Shown here piece after piece: positions 50,301-62,087 of a DNA stretch of 64,000 bases. This stretch comes from Selaginella moellendorffii (Eukaryota > Plantae > Lycopodiophyta): contig NW_003314405.1 in NCBI RefSeq assembly GCF_000143415.4, positions 20,282 to 84,281 of the forward strand, written 5' to 3'. The position numbers were made by a program, and so were the translations under genes. Within the stretch, counting starts at the first letter, position 1; each line of letters opens with the position of its first letter. The notes beneath the pieces are model-generated. The model was not told the origin of the DNA. It saw only the letters and a list, made by a program, of their open reading frames with translations, and did not search any database.

Positions 50301-51762
50301 CATTTGCGAGTCAAGCTACACAATGCGAGAGCAGAAAAGCCTACAGGCCCAGTTTCTAGGATGTTCGCCAGCAAATCAAACGCCAAGGATATAATCCGCT
50401 CTTGCGCAACATGAATATCCTGTATGAGACACTTGTATACTATTGTCTTCGAATGCGCATACAAATACCTTTCCTGTTGTGTGGCTGCCTACAATCTTTA
50501 GCGATGCAGCGGAAATGGCTGATAAGAATCTGAGTCGGGCATCCAATCAGTTCCTCAGAATAGCGAAAGAAACTGTCAACATACTGTTCGGTGTGTTTTC
50601 GATGTCGTGCAACCAGTGTACAGCATATCTGTAAGCAACGCTTCCAAACCTTCAGTCTAGAAAATTGTTCCGAAAGGTCCATGGTTTGATCGACATTGAC
50701 AATGTCCAGCAGCGCGAGAACATCTCCGATCCAAATTTTGAGGCAGGAAAGTACACTTGCTGGCATATGGGATCCTATCTGTAAAGCAAAGATACACATG
50801 GAAAAACTTGGAGAGAGAGCGATCTTACAGCGAGATGAAAAGTCTTTGCAATCACAAGCAAGACGTTGTCATGTGGCGCAAATCCTTTCTCTTTTGACTT
50901 TAAGGCCTTCATATCAGAGCAAGAGTTAAAAGAACTTTCAGTGCACGCGCACTTTTACCTGTTCAACAAGGTGGTGAAAAAACCCGTGAAGCGGCACAAG
51001 CAAATCGCTCGAGATGAGTTCCAGAAGCGGCGGAACAGGTTCTCTCGCAACAGTAGGATCGAGAAAGTACTGCAATACAAAAGTCCCGAATCACATCTGA
51101 TAACAATAGCTTTGCAATTAGAACGTTAAAAAGAGACCTCTCTCATACGCACCTGGAATGGCTTGGTGATGGCCTGAATTGCAAGAAGAGCATTCAGAGT
51201 TTTGTAAGCAGGAGCAGTGGATCCATCAGCAACAAGATCACTGTTCTTGACCGCATTGTGCAACGCTGGAACGAGCTCTTGCCATGACTTTTCCTGGCCC
51301 GAAAAATCATGAGAAGCAACAATTCGAAACTGGAAAAAAAAAACCATGTCAGAAGAACATCTCTCCGATCCGATAAACTTAAGAACTTACAGCTTCTGTC
51401 AATAGATTGAGAACAATAGAATCCACTCGCAAAAGCACTTCCAAGAGTTGTTCTCTCAGATTTTTACGCTCGGCGCCATGGATCTTTTCCTTCTGGGCCC
51501 AATGCGCTCGCAAAAAATTCTTGAAGTACGTCGCGGCGGCAATCGCCTGCGTCCCATTCTGATCTGCGCGAAAGCGATTCAGAAAGAGAGGAGCTGAGAC
51601 AATGCAAGGGATTTTACCTGCGGAAATCGCGAGAAGGCACTCGGCAAATCCAGTGACGGCCTCGGCGCTCGCGATGGCGGCAGTAGCAGAGGATCTCAAT
51701 GCATCATCGGGACTGGCCGTGTCGATCAGCCACGCCTCGAGCTGCGCCCTCGGCACAGCCAT
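47321..51762 (-). CDS. Importin-beta family (SAD2-homolog / ARM repeat) protein, multi-exon
   Basis: IBN_N-like start (LIDTASPDDALRSSATAAI..AAATYFKNFLRAHW), WQELVPAL, ERIISLAFDL, LANANWLLGELA. Acidic C-terminus ETEDEFLERYA..DIELG. Confidence 0.88.
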
Positions 51763-51850
51763 TCCTCCAAAAGCGTCACGAACCCTAGAGCAAATAAAAT
51801 TCAAAAAATTAGGGCTCGTCCAACTCTACCACTTTCGGCGAATGGAAACG

Positions 51851-51878
51851 CGCCACGTGGAAGATACGTGCCACGTGT
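51851..51878. promoter_or_regulatory. G-box/ABRE cluster (CACGTG x2, TACGTG) in the importin/Sec14 divergent promoter
   Basis: cgccacgtggaagatacgtgccacgtgt within a ~210-bp head-to-head gap that also has telo-box-like motifs. Confidence 0.45.
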
Positions 51879-51974
51879 TGTAGACCTGCTGAAGTCAAGC
51901 AAGGGTATAGCCAGCACTCACCACGCACAGATCCAAGCTTCCTGTTCTTGGCGCTAGGGTTTTACTCCACAGCG

Positions 51975-53213
51975 ATGGCGAGCAAGAAAAAGAGGAATGG
52001 AGAGCCGGATCGCGAGGGATCGGAGCAGCCGCCGCAGCATCCATCGCCTCGCTCGTCAATCTGGAGGAATCGGAGCAAGGGCGACGACCCAGCCTCTCCG
52101 GAGGAAGAGCAAGCAAAGGTAATAATCTCTATCTCTTACTCTAGCTCTAGCTTGCGGAAGTGATTCCATAGCCTCTCTACTTCCGATCACCGTCTCCTTC
52201 TTCCAGGTGGATAGCCTGCGGTCGGCGCTGGGTTCTCTCACCGACAAATCGCAGCGCTACTGCACCGACGCGTGCCTCAAGCGCTACCTGCGAGCCCGGA
52301 ACTGGAATCTAAAGAAGGCCGAGAAAATGCTTAAAGATTCTTTAAAGTGGAGGGCGACTTTCAAGCCAGAAAGCATCCGCTGGGTGAGATCTTAAATCCA
52401 TGGCAAGCTTTTCTTCTGCTTGTTGGTTTTCTTTTTCTTTCTTTTCTCTCTGTCCTCGTTGCTGATGTTGATCGATGAATTTTCGTTTTCCAGGAGGACA
52501 TAGCCATTGAATCCGAGACAGGCAAGGTGTATAGAGCCAATTTCGTGGACAACTACGGGAGAGCGATTCTTATAATGCGGCCTGCGAGACAGGTACTCCT
52601 TTACTTCTTTCTGTTGGTCGAGAGTTAAGATCTGGCAGCTTTTCTCCTCACCTTGTTTTTGGCTTTTCTCTCGATGGCACAGAACACCAAGGATCAAAAT
52701 GGTCAGATACGGCAGCTGGTGTACTGTCTGGAGAATGCTGTTCTGAACTTGCCACCCGACCAGGAACAAATGGTGTGGCTCATTGACTTCCACGGTTGGA
52801 GCGTCTCTAACTCCGTTCCCCTCAGTGCCGCTCGCGAGACCGCTAATGTTTTGCAGAACCACTATCCCGAGAGGCTGGGCGTGGCGATTCTTTACAATCC
52901 CCCCCGGATCTTCGAGGCATTCTGGGCTGTAAGTGTCGAGTTCCCTTCTTCTTTTCCGTTTGCATGGTCAATAACTCGTGGCTGTTGCTTTGCGTTGCAG
53001 CTAGTCAAGCCATTCTTGGATCCCAAGACTTACAAGAAAGTCAAGTTCGTCTACAGCAAGGATCCCGACAGCGTCAAGCTGCTCGAGGACGTGTTTGACA
53101 TGGAGAAGCTGGACACGTCCTTTGGAGGGCGCGGTAACTGCGAGTACAACCACGAAGACTACGGCAGGATGATGAAGCAAGACGACGTCAAGATGCAAGA
53201 GCACTGGCGCTAA
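51975..53213 (+). CDS. Sec14p-like / CRAL-TRIO phosphatidylinositol transfer protein, multi-exon
   Basis: CTDACLKRYLRARNWNLKKAEKML, ETGKVYRA, LVYCLENA..EQMVWLIDF, LQNHYPERLG..YNPPRIFEAFW, KPFLDPKTYKKVKF. Confidence 0.94.
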
Positions 53214-54727
53214 TCCGGAGCCGAGCTACTAACACCGGTAAAAATCGAAAGAGACCAACTTTCCGAAAGAAAAACTATTTTTCTACTATACACAGGAAGC
53301 TACAAGAGATCAGATCGGAGGAGATCCGAGAGAAGCATGAGAGAATCGATGTGGTGCTCGCTCTCTCGGAGCCTCTCTTCCGCCAAAAAGCAATGAATGC
53401 GAGCGGTTTGAGCGTCTCTCTCTCCCGCTCCGCATCCTTTCTTCTTTAGCTCGATCGATGGACCGGATTGATTGGTCGCTGGGATTCCCTGCCAGGCGAG
53501 AGAGATCACGATTTGGAGCGAAACTTGGTGGCAACTTTGATGATCCAACCCCGAGACGTGGATGGATGGCGTTGACCTCACTCTCGCGTGATGTAAATGG
53601 TTGGGACATTCAACCAACATGTGGACTCATTTAAGTTCCACCACTGGACTGTGTGTGGTGCTGAGTTGTTGGTGGATGGGACTTTATAATCACCGCGCCA
53701 CCTTTTTGCGTGGTACTTGACCTAATAATAGAGGGAATGTCCATGTTAGAAGTTAGAACAAAGAGTTTTCCACCTTTTTTTTTCTCTCTTTTTCCCAATC
53801 AATGCTGCCACCACCAAGAACAAGGGGGAAGAAAAAGAGTTTTTGGCCATTGTGGCATGGCTATGGTTCTCGTTACGTCGTCTTCCTTTTAAAAGCTTTT
53901 GGAGCTGGAAATGGGCTGGCGGGTGGATGTTCAAGTAGTTATTGTGGCCGCATGATCCATCCATCGCCGAGAAAGAGAGAGAGCTTTCCATCGTTTTAAG
54001 TTTCTAAGCAATCCTGGATAATGCAAAGAGGAGGCCAGCCAGGAGGAAGAACAGTGTATCAGCGCGGCAGTAGCGAGCGAGCAAACTATAGTGTGGGAAA
54101 GAGAACGCTCTTCTCCGCTTGGAGGAATTAATTTCTTCCCTGGCACCGACCAGGTGGATTTCAATGCGGCCAGGGCCGTATCGTCTTAGAAAGAAAGAGC
54201 GCTTAGCCGGGAAAGATGGATCGCTGGCTGGTAAAAAGAGGGAGTGAAAAGCTGTCGATCGATCGAGACGACAAAGATTCGAAACGGCGTCCTCCTCGTT
54301 CCTCCATAGCCGCGAGCGAGCGAGGTTTTCTTTCTAAGTCCTAGTATTTAAACTGGTTTTAGTTGAGGCATCTCGCTCGCTCGGTCCTGCGGCGTTTGCG
54401 TTTGTTCCTCCTCCTCTCCTCTCGCGCAAACTTGCCTCTCTTCGTTTTTTTCTCTTTTTTTCCTCGTTCCTCTTGGCGCTGGCAATGCTGGTGCTGCTGG
54501 TGCTGGAATCCTCGTGGAATCGCTTGCGCCCACAAGTTCTTCCACTCCCCGGCTGTTCTAGCTAGTTTCTCTCGAGTAGTTTGTAAGAAATATTCGTCTC
54601 AGGTACGTACGTCATTCCTTTTTCTAAGTTGGAAGAAGATCGAGCATGATTTGAAAGCTTGTGAATCTTGCAAGCTTTGAACTTCAGATCGATAGATTCA
54701 CTTTCACTAAAGAGAAGAAGAGAGAAG

Positions 54728-56566
54728 ATGGGATCCGGAGGAACTTTCAGTGATGACCCAGCAGCAGCAGTGCCAGCAAAGAGAAGAACAGCATCACCAT
54801 CGCCACCACCACCTCTCCACAGATCCATCTCTCTCTTCCTCTCCCGCTATGTCTTCACACTCCACGCGGCGGCGCAAGCCACGCTTCTCCTCCTCGTCTC
54901 CGCCATCGCCTCAGGCCACCTGGATCTCTCCACCATCGCCCACCACCGCGACGCAATCGCCCACGACCTCCTCTCCATCCAGGCCGCGGTCAAGAGCTCC
55001 AAGCTCCTGGGAATCACCTCCGTCGCCACCATTTTCTCGCTGGGATGGATCGCGGCGCTGTGGCTCCTGCTGACGCGCAAGAAGAAGAGAACCGGCGTCT
55101 ACATCGTCGACTTCGCGTGCTACAAGCCCGACGACAAGCTCAAGTGCTCGGCGGAGCTCTCGGAATGGTTCGCCAAGCGGCTGGGCGTCTACACCGAGAA
55201 AACCATGGAATTCTTCAAGAAGGTCTATCTCAAATCCGGAGTGGGCGACGAGTCTTACGCGCCGCCCGCGATGTTCCACCACCCCAACGCGGATCTTAGC
55301 TGGAAGCAAGCCCGCGCCGAGGCGGAGCTCGTCATCTTCGGCGCGGTGGACGAGCTCCTGGCCAAAACCGGGATCAAATCCAAGGACATTGGCATCCTGG
55401 TCGTCAACAGCAGCTGCTTCAATCCCACTCCCAGCCTCTCCTCGATGATCGTCAATCACTACAAGATGGGGACCGACATCCGGAGCTTCAACCTGGGCGG
55501 GATGGGCTGCAGTGCCGGCATCATCGCGATCGACCTCGCCAAGGATCTCCTGGGGATGCATCCAAACACGTACGCGCTGGTGGTGAGCACCGAGAACATC
55601 ACCCACAACCTCTACCTGGGCAACAATCGCCCCATGCTCGTCACGAACTGTCTCTTCCGCGTCGGCGGCGCCGCCATCCTCCTGAGCAACCACCCCTGCC
55701 ACTCCCCCGGCGGCGCCGCCGCTGGCAAGTACGAGCTCCTCCACACCGTACGCATCCACAACGGCGGCGACGACAAGGCGTACGGATGCATCACCCAGGA
55801 GGCCGACAGCGATGGCGTTCTTGGGATCACGCTCACCAAGCACATCATGGTCGCCGCCGCCGACGCGCTCAAGAAGAATCTCACCAAGCTCGGCCCGCTC
55901 GTTCTTCCAATCGGCGAGCAGCTCCACTTCGCGGCCAACGTGATCGCGCGCAGCGTCTTCAAGCTCGATCGCAAGCCATACATCCCGGACTTCAAGCTCG
56001 CCTTCGATCACTTCCTGCTCCACGCCGGCGGCCGCGCGGTGGTGGACGAGCTCGAGAAGAGCTTGCGGCTGGGTGAGGAGAAGATGGAGGCGTGCCGGAT
56101 GACGCTCCATCGATTCGGGAACACCTCGAGCAGCTGCGTGTGGTACGAGCTCGCGTATCTCGAGGCCAAGGGGAGGGTGAGGTATGGCGATCGCCTGTGG
56201 CAGCTCGGGGTTGGATCGGGATTCAAGTGTAACAGCGCCGTGTGGCGAGCGATCCGCGATATCGATCGACCCAAGTCGATGAATCCCTGGCTGGATTGCA
56301 TCGATGAGTATCCACTGGAAGTTCCAACTGACATGGAAGATATCCCGCGCCGGGAGAAGCTCTACTTCCAGACAGTGGATGGATTGATCGTGGATACCAG
56401 TACGGGTCAAGCGTATGCCAAGGATGGATCGCTCGTGACGAGCGATTATAGAGCTCCAGCCCCGGATCATCCATCCTCCGCGGCCGGAGAGAATCATCGT
56501 GATCATCCAGCCAGGGAGAATAGGGTGATCTTGTCCAACGGAACCAATGGCGTCCACCACCACTAG
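54728..56566 (+). CDS. KCS: 3-ketoacyl-CoA synthase (FAE1/KCS family), intronless CDS
   Basis: VYIVDFACYKP, FNPTPSLSSMIVNHYK, NLGGMGCSAG (catalytic Cys), HAGGRAV, HRFGNTSSS, GSGFKCNSAVW. Confidence 0.97.
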   Translation: MGSGGTFSDDPAAAVPAKRRTASPSPPPPLHRSISLFLSRYVFTLHAAAQATLLLLVSAIASGHLDLSTIAHHRDAIAHDLLSIQAAVKSSKLLGITSVATIFSLGWIAALWLLLTRKKKRTGVYIVDFACYKPDDKLKCSAELSEWFAKRLGVYTEKTMEFFKKVYLKSGVGDESYAPPAMFHHPNADLSWKQARAEAELVIFGAVDELLAKTGIKSKDIGILVVNSSCFNPTPSLSSMIVNHYKMGTDIRSFNLGGMGCSAGIIAIDLAKDLLGMHPNTYALVVSTENITHNLYLGNNRPMLVTNCLFRVGGAAILLSNHPCHSPGGAAAGKYELLHTVRIHNGGDDKAYGCITQEADSDGVLGITLTKHIMVAAADALKKNLTKLGPLVLPIGEQLHFAANVIARSVFKLDRKPYIPDFKLAFDHFLLHAGGRAVVDELEKSLRLGEEKMEACRMTLHRFGNTSSSCVWYELAYLEAKGRVRYGDRLWQLGVGSGFKCNSAVWRAIRDIDRPKSMNPWLDCIDEYPLEVPTDMEDIPRREKLYFQTVDGLIVDTSTGQAYAKDGSLVTSDYRAPAPDHPSSAAGENHRDHPARENRVILSNGTNGVHHH

Positions 56567-56753
56567 GCACGGATCGTGGATCCAAGAACACGATGCATGG
56601 GATGTTCGTTTCGACGACGGTATATCAAACGGGTTGCATTGATTCGTTCCAACTTCCAGCGAGAGTTCTTCCAAGTTCTTCCAGGGCCATGGTTTTAGGA
56701 TTTGAGAAAATTTGATTGGTTTGTGGGTTTGAGATTCATAGAGTGTCATTCAT

Positions 56754-56846
56754 GCCGGCTATGGTGGACATCTCTCTTTTTCTGATATTTCACTTCTCTT
56801 GGGGAGGGATTTTATTAGAGCGAGCCAGATGTCCTCCATAGCCAGC
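56754..56846. other. 93-nt fold-back (pre-miRNA-like or MITE-like hairpin)
   Basis: gccggctatggtggacatct pairs with agatgtcctccatagccagc (18/20). The inner arms pair further with G:U. Confidence 0.5.
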
Positions 56847-57173
56847 GATTGCTTCACAGCTCCTCCTTAATAATCACCAAGAAAGAAGGAGAATTCAATG
56901 CCCGCCATCTTTTCCATATCAATGCCGAATCAACGTATACCCAAACCCGTTTTTTGGTTCATTCTAAAACGAGGACCAGCGCTGACTGGCAGTGCGACAC
57001 ATATCCATTATTGACTTCGAATCGTGGACTGAGAAGATTGTCAGGGTTGGTCAACTACTAGCTTTGTTCTCTTACTCGTTTCAGTCCATCCAGTCAAAGA
57101 TTTCAAATCTGGTCAACTTGGGTTATGGGAAACTCTATATTATTAACCCAACCAGAGAAAAATCTAACGAGAT

Positions 57174-57246
57174 TCCGTTGTAGTCTAGTCGGTCAGGATA
57201 CTCGGCTCTCACCCGAGAGACCCGGGTTCAATTCCCGGCAACGGAA
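57174..57246 (+). tRNA. tRNA-Glu (anticodon CTC)
   Basis: TCCGTTGTAGTCTAGTCGGTCAGGATACTCGGCTCTCACCCGAGAGACCCGGGTTCAATTCCCGGCAACGGAA. Acceptor stem TCCGTTG/CAACGGA, anticodon stem CTCGG/CCGAG around CTCTCAC, T-loop GGTTCAA, T-run terminator just downstream. Confidence 0.97.
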
Positions 57247-57462
57247 CTAGGAACTACCTTTTATATTTACTTGTGATTTGCGAGATCTTGCAAGAGCTTG
57301 ATTTTTTTGCAGGACTTTCTTCTAGCGTTTTAAAGTGTTCTATCATTCTTCGTCCTTTCGTCTTCAATGTCATATCTTTGACAAACTATTGATTCCGGAT
57401 ATGGTAGTTTCACAAAGGATTAACCTTGAGGAACTTTAGGAACAAGAACAGAACCTCAACAT

Positions 57463-58048
57463 TCACATGATAGAGCAACCATTTGGATTGTCATCACTGA
57501 AGAAGAAGGAATCCCCGACTGGAAATGTCGTAGCACTTTCGCGCTGTTCTTGCTGGCCAGAAGATTTCACCTTGTTCCCGCCGCCGCCCACCGCCTTGTG
57601 ATCCGACCCTCTGGCGGCGCCGCTACTGTCTTTGGCACCGGCCAGCTCGACGTTCTTGCCAGTCTTTTTGGCGATTTGCTTGACGACTTTGCTCGAGTCG
57701 AAGCTGCCAGTGACCGTCACCTTCTTTTGTGTGAGATCCACAGTGATGGATTCCACTCCTGGTGCATTGGAGAGTTTGATCAATGGGTGGGCGATCCACA
57801 CAAAGGAAGACAAAAATGGAAGCTTTGCTTGGTTACCTTCCACTTGACCGATCGCCTTTTTCACCTTGCGAGCACAGCAGTTACAGTTGATCTGGACCTT
57901 GAGCACGACACTCTGGAGAATCGATTGCTCAGTGCTTTGAGATCTAGAAAACGATTGATTTCCACAACTCTACCTCAGATTTCTTCATCTTGCTGCTGGC
58001 GTAGATATCTTCAGCGGTGGAATCCAAGATCCTAGCGGCAACTGACAT
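57463..58048 (-). CDS. Heavy-metal-associated isoprenylated plant protein (HIPP), 3 exons
   Basis: HMA domain LKVQINCNCCARKVKKAI..GVESITVDLTQKKVTVTG. Ends FSDDNPNGCSIM (CaaX). Confidence 0.92.
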
Positions 58049-58349
58049 TCTTCCTTGTTTCTCTCTTTTCTATCTTCTTCTTTGCTCGGTCCGTCCGTTG
58101 CTTGCTTCGTTCGATCGAGTGAATGTGTCAGTAAATTTAAGCCGTTTTTCCCAACGCCGAGGCACCGGGAGCCTCGTATACGTGTGGTGTGACTGATTGA
58201 GATTTGTGAATCTCCACGTACGGAAGTTAAATCTTGTCACGAAACTTTTCCTCGAGAGGCTAGTTTGTGCGCCATTACTCTAGGAAGTACCATATATATT
58301 GTTATGCTTAGCAACCAATTGTTTGGTTTGCAGCGAAATCATTCATTCA

Positions 58350-59230
58350 TTCCTCTGGTGTATCCATTTGTGCTTGTTTCTTAAATAATGTTAAACACTT
58401 TTCCTAACATTACATAATTTCTATTATTATTATTTTATATAAAAAATAATTTGTATATACCTAAAATATGCTTGAATATTTTGGGATATTTTACCATCTA
58501 ACGGTTGTTATTTATATAGATTAATTTCGTATTAATATTTATAAACATGTTTATAATGTATAAGTTTTCCTAAACACTTCCTAGTATATTCTAGTTTATT
58601 CTGCCATTTAATGGTTGATATGCAATAAAATTAATCTTATGTTTATAAATTATAAACATCCATGATCAATTGGATTAATAAATAGGAATAACATTACTAT
58701 TAAGCAAACCAAGAATTACTGTATGAAATGTGCAGCAAATTATTTTATAAATTTATTATTTGTTAAAATTTTGTTAATTAAATTTGCTCTTTTAAAAAAT
58801 TTAAATATCTACAAATTGTACAAAAAGTAATAAGCTCTTGACAAATATAATTATATATTTAAATTTGTCAGAATAAATGGCATTAAAATAAAATGTCTGA
58901 AAACTTTATTACAATGGTATTTTCATCCAAATCATATTAACGAATATTTATTGCTATTAGTTCTTTGACACAGTAATTATAATTAGTTTTAAAAATATAG
59001 CTAATACTTTTTTTCTCTTAAAGAATTGGTAATTGCAAAATATGTACTATTATGCATAAATAAATATCAGAAAGTTTATTTGAATGAATAATAATCAAAG
59101 CATGTACTCAAGTATATTCTAATTAAATCATCATACTAAAAATAAAAACAATGTATATATAATGTTTTTAAAAGAAAGGAGTTTATTATTTTTTGGTTTT
59201 CAACAAGGTGTTGACTAACTAAAATTGTGT
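58350..59230. other. Very AT-rich non-coding block (similar block at ~45900-46680), probable decayed repeat
   Basis: Abrupt compositional shift, no ORFs, almost no CpG. Confidence 0.4.
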
Positions 59231-59239
59231 TAGCATGTT

Positions 59240-62087
59240 TTAAGCTAAAGTGTCATCCATTTGTTTGAAGGGCAATGGCACCGCTCTCACTGCCCTGTAT
59301 CTGCCAACATTGTTGAGGTGTTCGTTCTCCAATCTGAATATTTGAAAATAGAAATATTAACAATGTCAGAAATGACACACATCCAAAAAATTTAGAAAGC
59401 TACAGCATAAAAATTCTCACCTGTAGAAATTCCAATGCCCTCGTCGGATCACCTCAAGCGCTGCAAAAAACAAGTCTATTATCATGAGCTCAATCTCTGT
59501 CCCAGGAGGATGAGTCACGGAGTAAATCCATGCCAGCCTCAGTATCACGTTCAAAGCCTGCATTTCCTGGACTTATAAGGTCAAACTTAAAACAGAAAGA
59601 TGTTACCATGGAAAGGAAGTACGTGATCTTGCGCTTGAGAATCAGTTGGTCTCTCAGCCATGGATTGAAAGACTTTGGCTGGAGAAGCCCCCAATCCACC
59701 ACAATATCCCAGTATAACTGGTACACTGTCGCAAAGATGGATGAAATCACGAAGATGCCCAGCCAGAACTCCGACTTGATTCGAGAGTACGTGAGCCGGA
59801 CCACAACAGCAATTAGCGCCGAGAGATACTTTCCACCATTTGCAATGTGTGCAGTGTCGTGCTCGTCCATCCATCTCCTCCAGCACTGCCAAAGTTTGCA
59901 ACATTATCACATGAGATACAATAAGAAAAGGATATGGTGGTACTTCTATAAGGTATTCGCTATGATTGATTACCTGCATTAGTCGCCACCAGTATGGAAG
60001 CACCGAGATAAGGTACTGGAAGGACTTAAACAATGTGCTCTTTGTACAAGCTCCGGTGTTTCTTGTTCTAAAAAAGCCACCTCCGTAGTAGCAGGAGATA
60101 TACCCAAGGTTTCGCAAAGCAGGCACCTGATGCGATTTACGTTTGTAAGTCTAGGAATACTAGTTTCTAAACACAGACCTGGCTAGTGAGTTGATCAGCA
60201 AGGAAAAAGTCCGCAAAGACGACCTGTAAAAAACGCGAACAGTGGCTAAGGAGATATCTTAGAACACGTCTTACCTTAAACAAGGGAGAAGAGATAATTC
60301 GCCAAGTACACCTGAGGAACGCTGCTCGTGACGATTTGTAGCAAATATCCAAGGGGCAAATTAAGAGAAGGATGAGGAGCTGTCCATGGAAAGAACCAAG
60401 TTACATAAATATTGACGAACAATTCAAGCTAATGGAGAGTATTGGCACCAGGAAGACAACGAGCGCGATGATTTCGCTATCAACGTGAGTAACTGTGTAA
60501 GTTGCGAGATGAAAGATCATTCCGATTATGATAAGAGTTGTCAAGCCCGTGCTGAGGAGAAGCACGTCTTGGTGTCTGAGCTCCTGCTTGGGTGAAAACT
60601 CGAAAATGAAGGTGTAGTTGATGCGAACCTGCTTCCAGACGTAAATGTTCCATCCATACATGTACAAGTGTAGCACGAACAAGAAAAGTGTGCTGTAAGA
60701 AACAAAAGAACTCGGAAACATACAAAACTTTCATAAAAGTATGGCACTGTTTACCTGAACACGGGGAAGACTGCTTGTATGTACTTCGTTGTGATCCCGT
60801 CCTTGTTTCCAAGCACAAGGATTAACACAAACGCTGCTAGGAGACTCCAGGAGCAACCACTGAAGAGGCCTATAGATTTTAATAGAAGAAGGTTAATTAA
60901 TAACGACGATCCGAATGAATGAAATGGATATCCTGCTCTTACCCAGGATAAAGTTTATATTTCCATGATTGCTCGCAGAGTGTATGGGCCTGAGATATGC
61001 CATGGCTTGCTTTCGGTTGCCTTTCGTAAAGTGCAGAGTGAACACTCTCTCTACACGGTCCATAAACTTTACTACCTGGAGTGCATTGGAGCAATGAAAT
61101 CCCATCAGCAAGACCCCCAAAGGAAAATTTCTTCACACCTTGTCCGACGTTGCAAAATGAGAGTTTTCGACCATCTTCAGATAACTGCCAGACGCATTCT
61201 GTCCAGTCACCTGAGAATTTAAAAAACCTTTTAGAAGTCTGCAGTAATTTGCCATTTTCCATAAGTACCTTGTCAAATTTCTTGAGGATCTTGACGAATG
61301 CCATCATGTTCAAGGAGCTGCCAAGTAAGTTTTCAACACTTTGAGAACATGGATCAATCGTATAGAGGTCATTCACCTGAAGTTTCTTAGGAGTCGAAGC
61401 CCACGATAAAATTCGACAAAGGCCGTCTGGAGCATCTTGGCTGCTCGCTGAACCTTTCCTTTGTTACCGGGGCTCCCCTTCAAGCTCTGAGATTCGTCAT
61501 CTACAACATGGCAGAGATCAAACGATTCCAAGTTAAGTGCTACAGAATTAGAGGCTGCTATAACGAACCTTGCATAGCAATGAGCTCTTCCATTTGGATG
61601 TGAAGTTGCTGTGCTTGAGCATCGTACTCGTCTTCCTTGCATCTAAAAAACTTGTCCACTTTGTTGAGTTGATCGTCAAGGCCGAAAAAGAAGCTCTTTT
61701 CGTGATCCGATCGAGTTCCGAACAGCTCCGTCTCGTAAAAATCCTCGCCATCTCCAGTTCTCGTCTTGTGCACAACCTGATCATATTGAAGTGTTTTGTT
61801 TTGTCTTTACAGTCCAGAACATCATCACAAACCATGGACGTTTCCGAGGATATGGATTGTTCGCAGCAGCTGCTCAGAATGGCGCTGGGATTTTGCAGCA
61901 AGTTTTGAAGCTTGCTCTTGTCAACCGAGAAGACATTTGGATCGAACACCTTGTGCTGCTGGTTCTTGGTATGTAGGATCTGGTTTTTGATTCTCTTGAC
62001 AACTTTCTTGAGCTGCTTGTAGTCGCAGTACTTCACCCGCCACTCTGGGACGAGCTGGCTCTCCAGCTGCTTCTGGAACTTCACCAT
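59240..62087 (-). CDS. PHO1: PHOSPHATE1 (SPX-EXS phosphate exporter), multi-exon, apparently intact
   Basis: SPX: [63 protein letters not shown]: [76 protein letters not shown]. Confidence 0.95.

Noticed and set aside
53325-53395. miR156/529-like sequence (gtgctcgctctctc)
   Set aside because: Only a partial match, interrupted, with no convincing full hairpin.
54911-56749. 612-aa antisense ORF opposite KCS
   Set aside because: Shadow of a GC3-rich coding strand, with no recognisable motifs.
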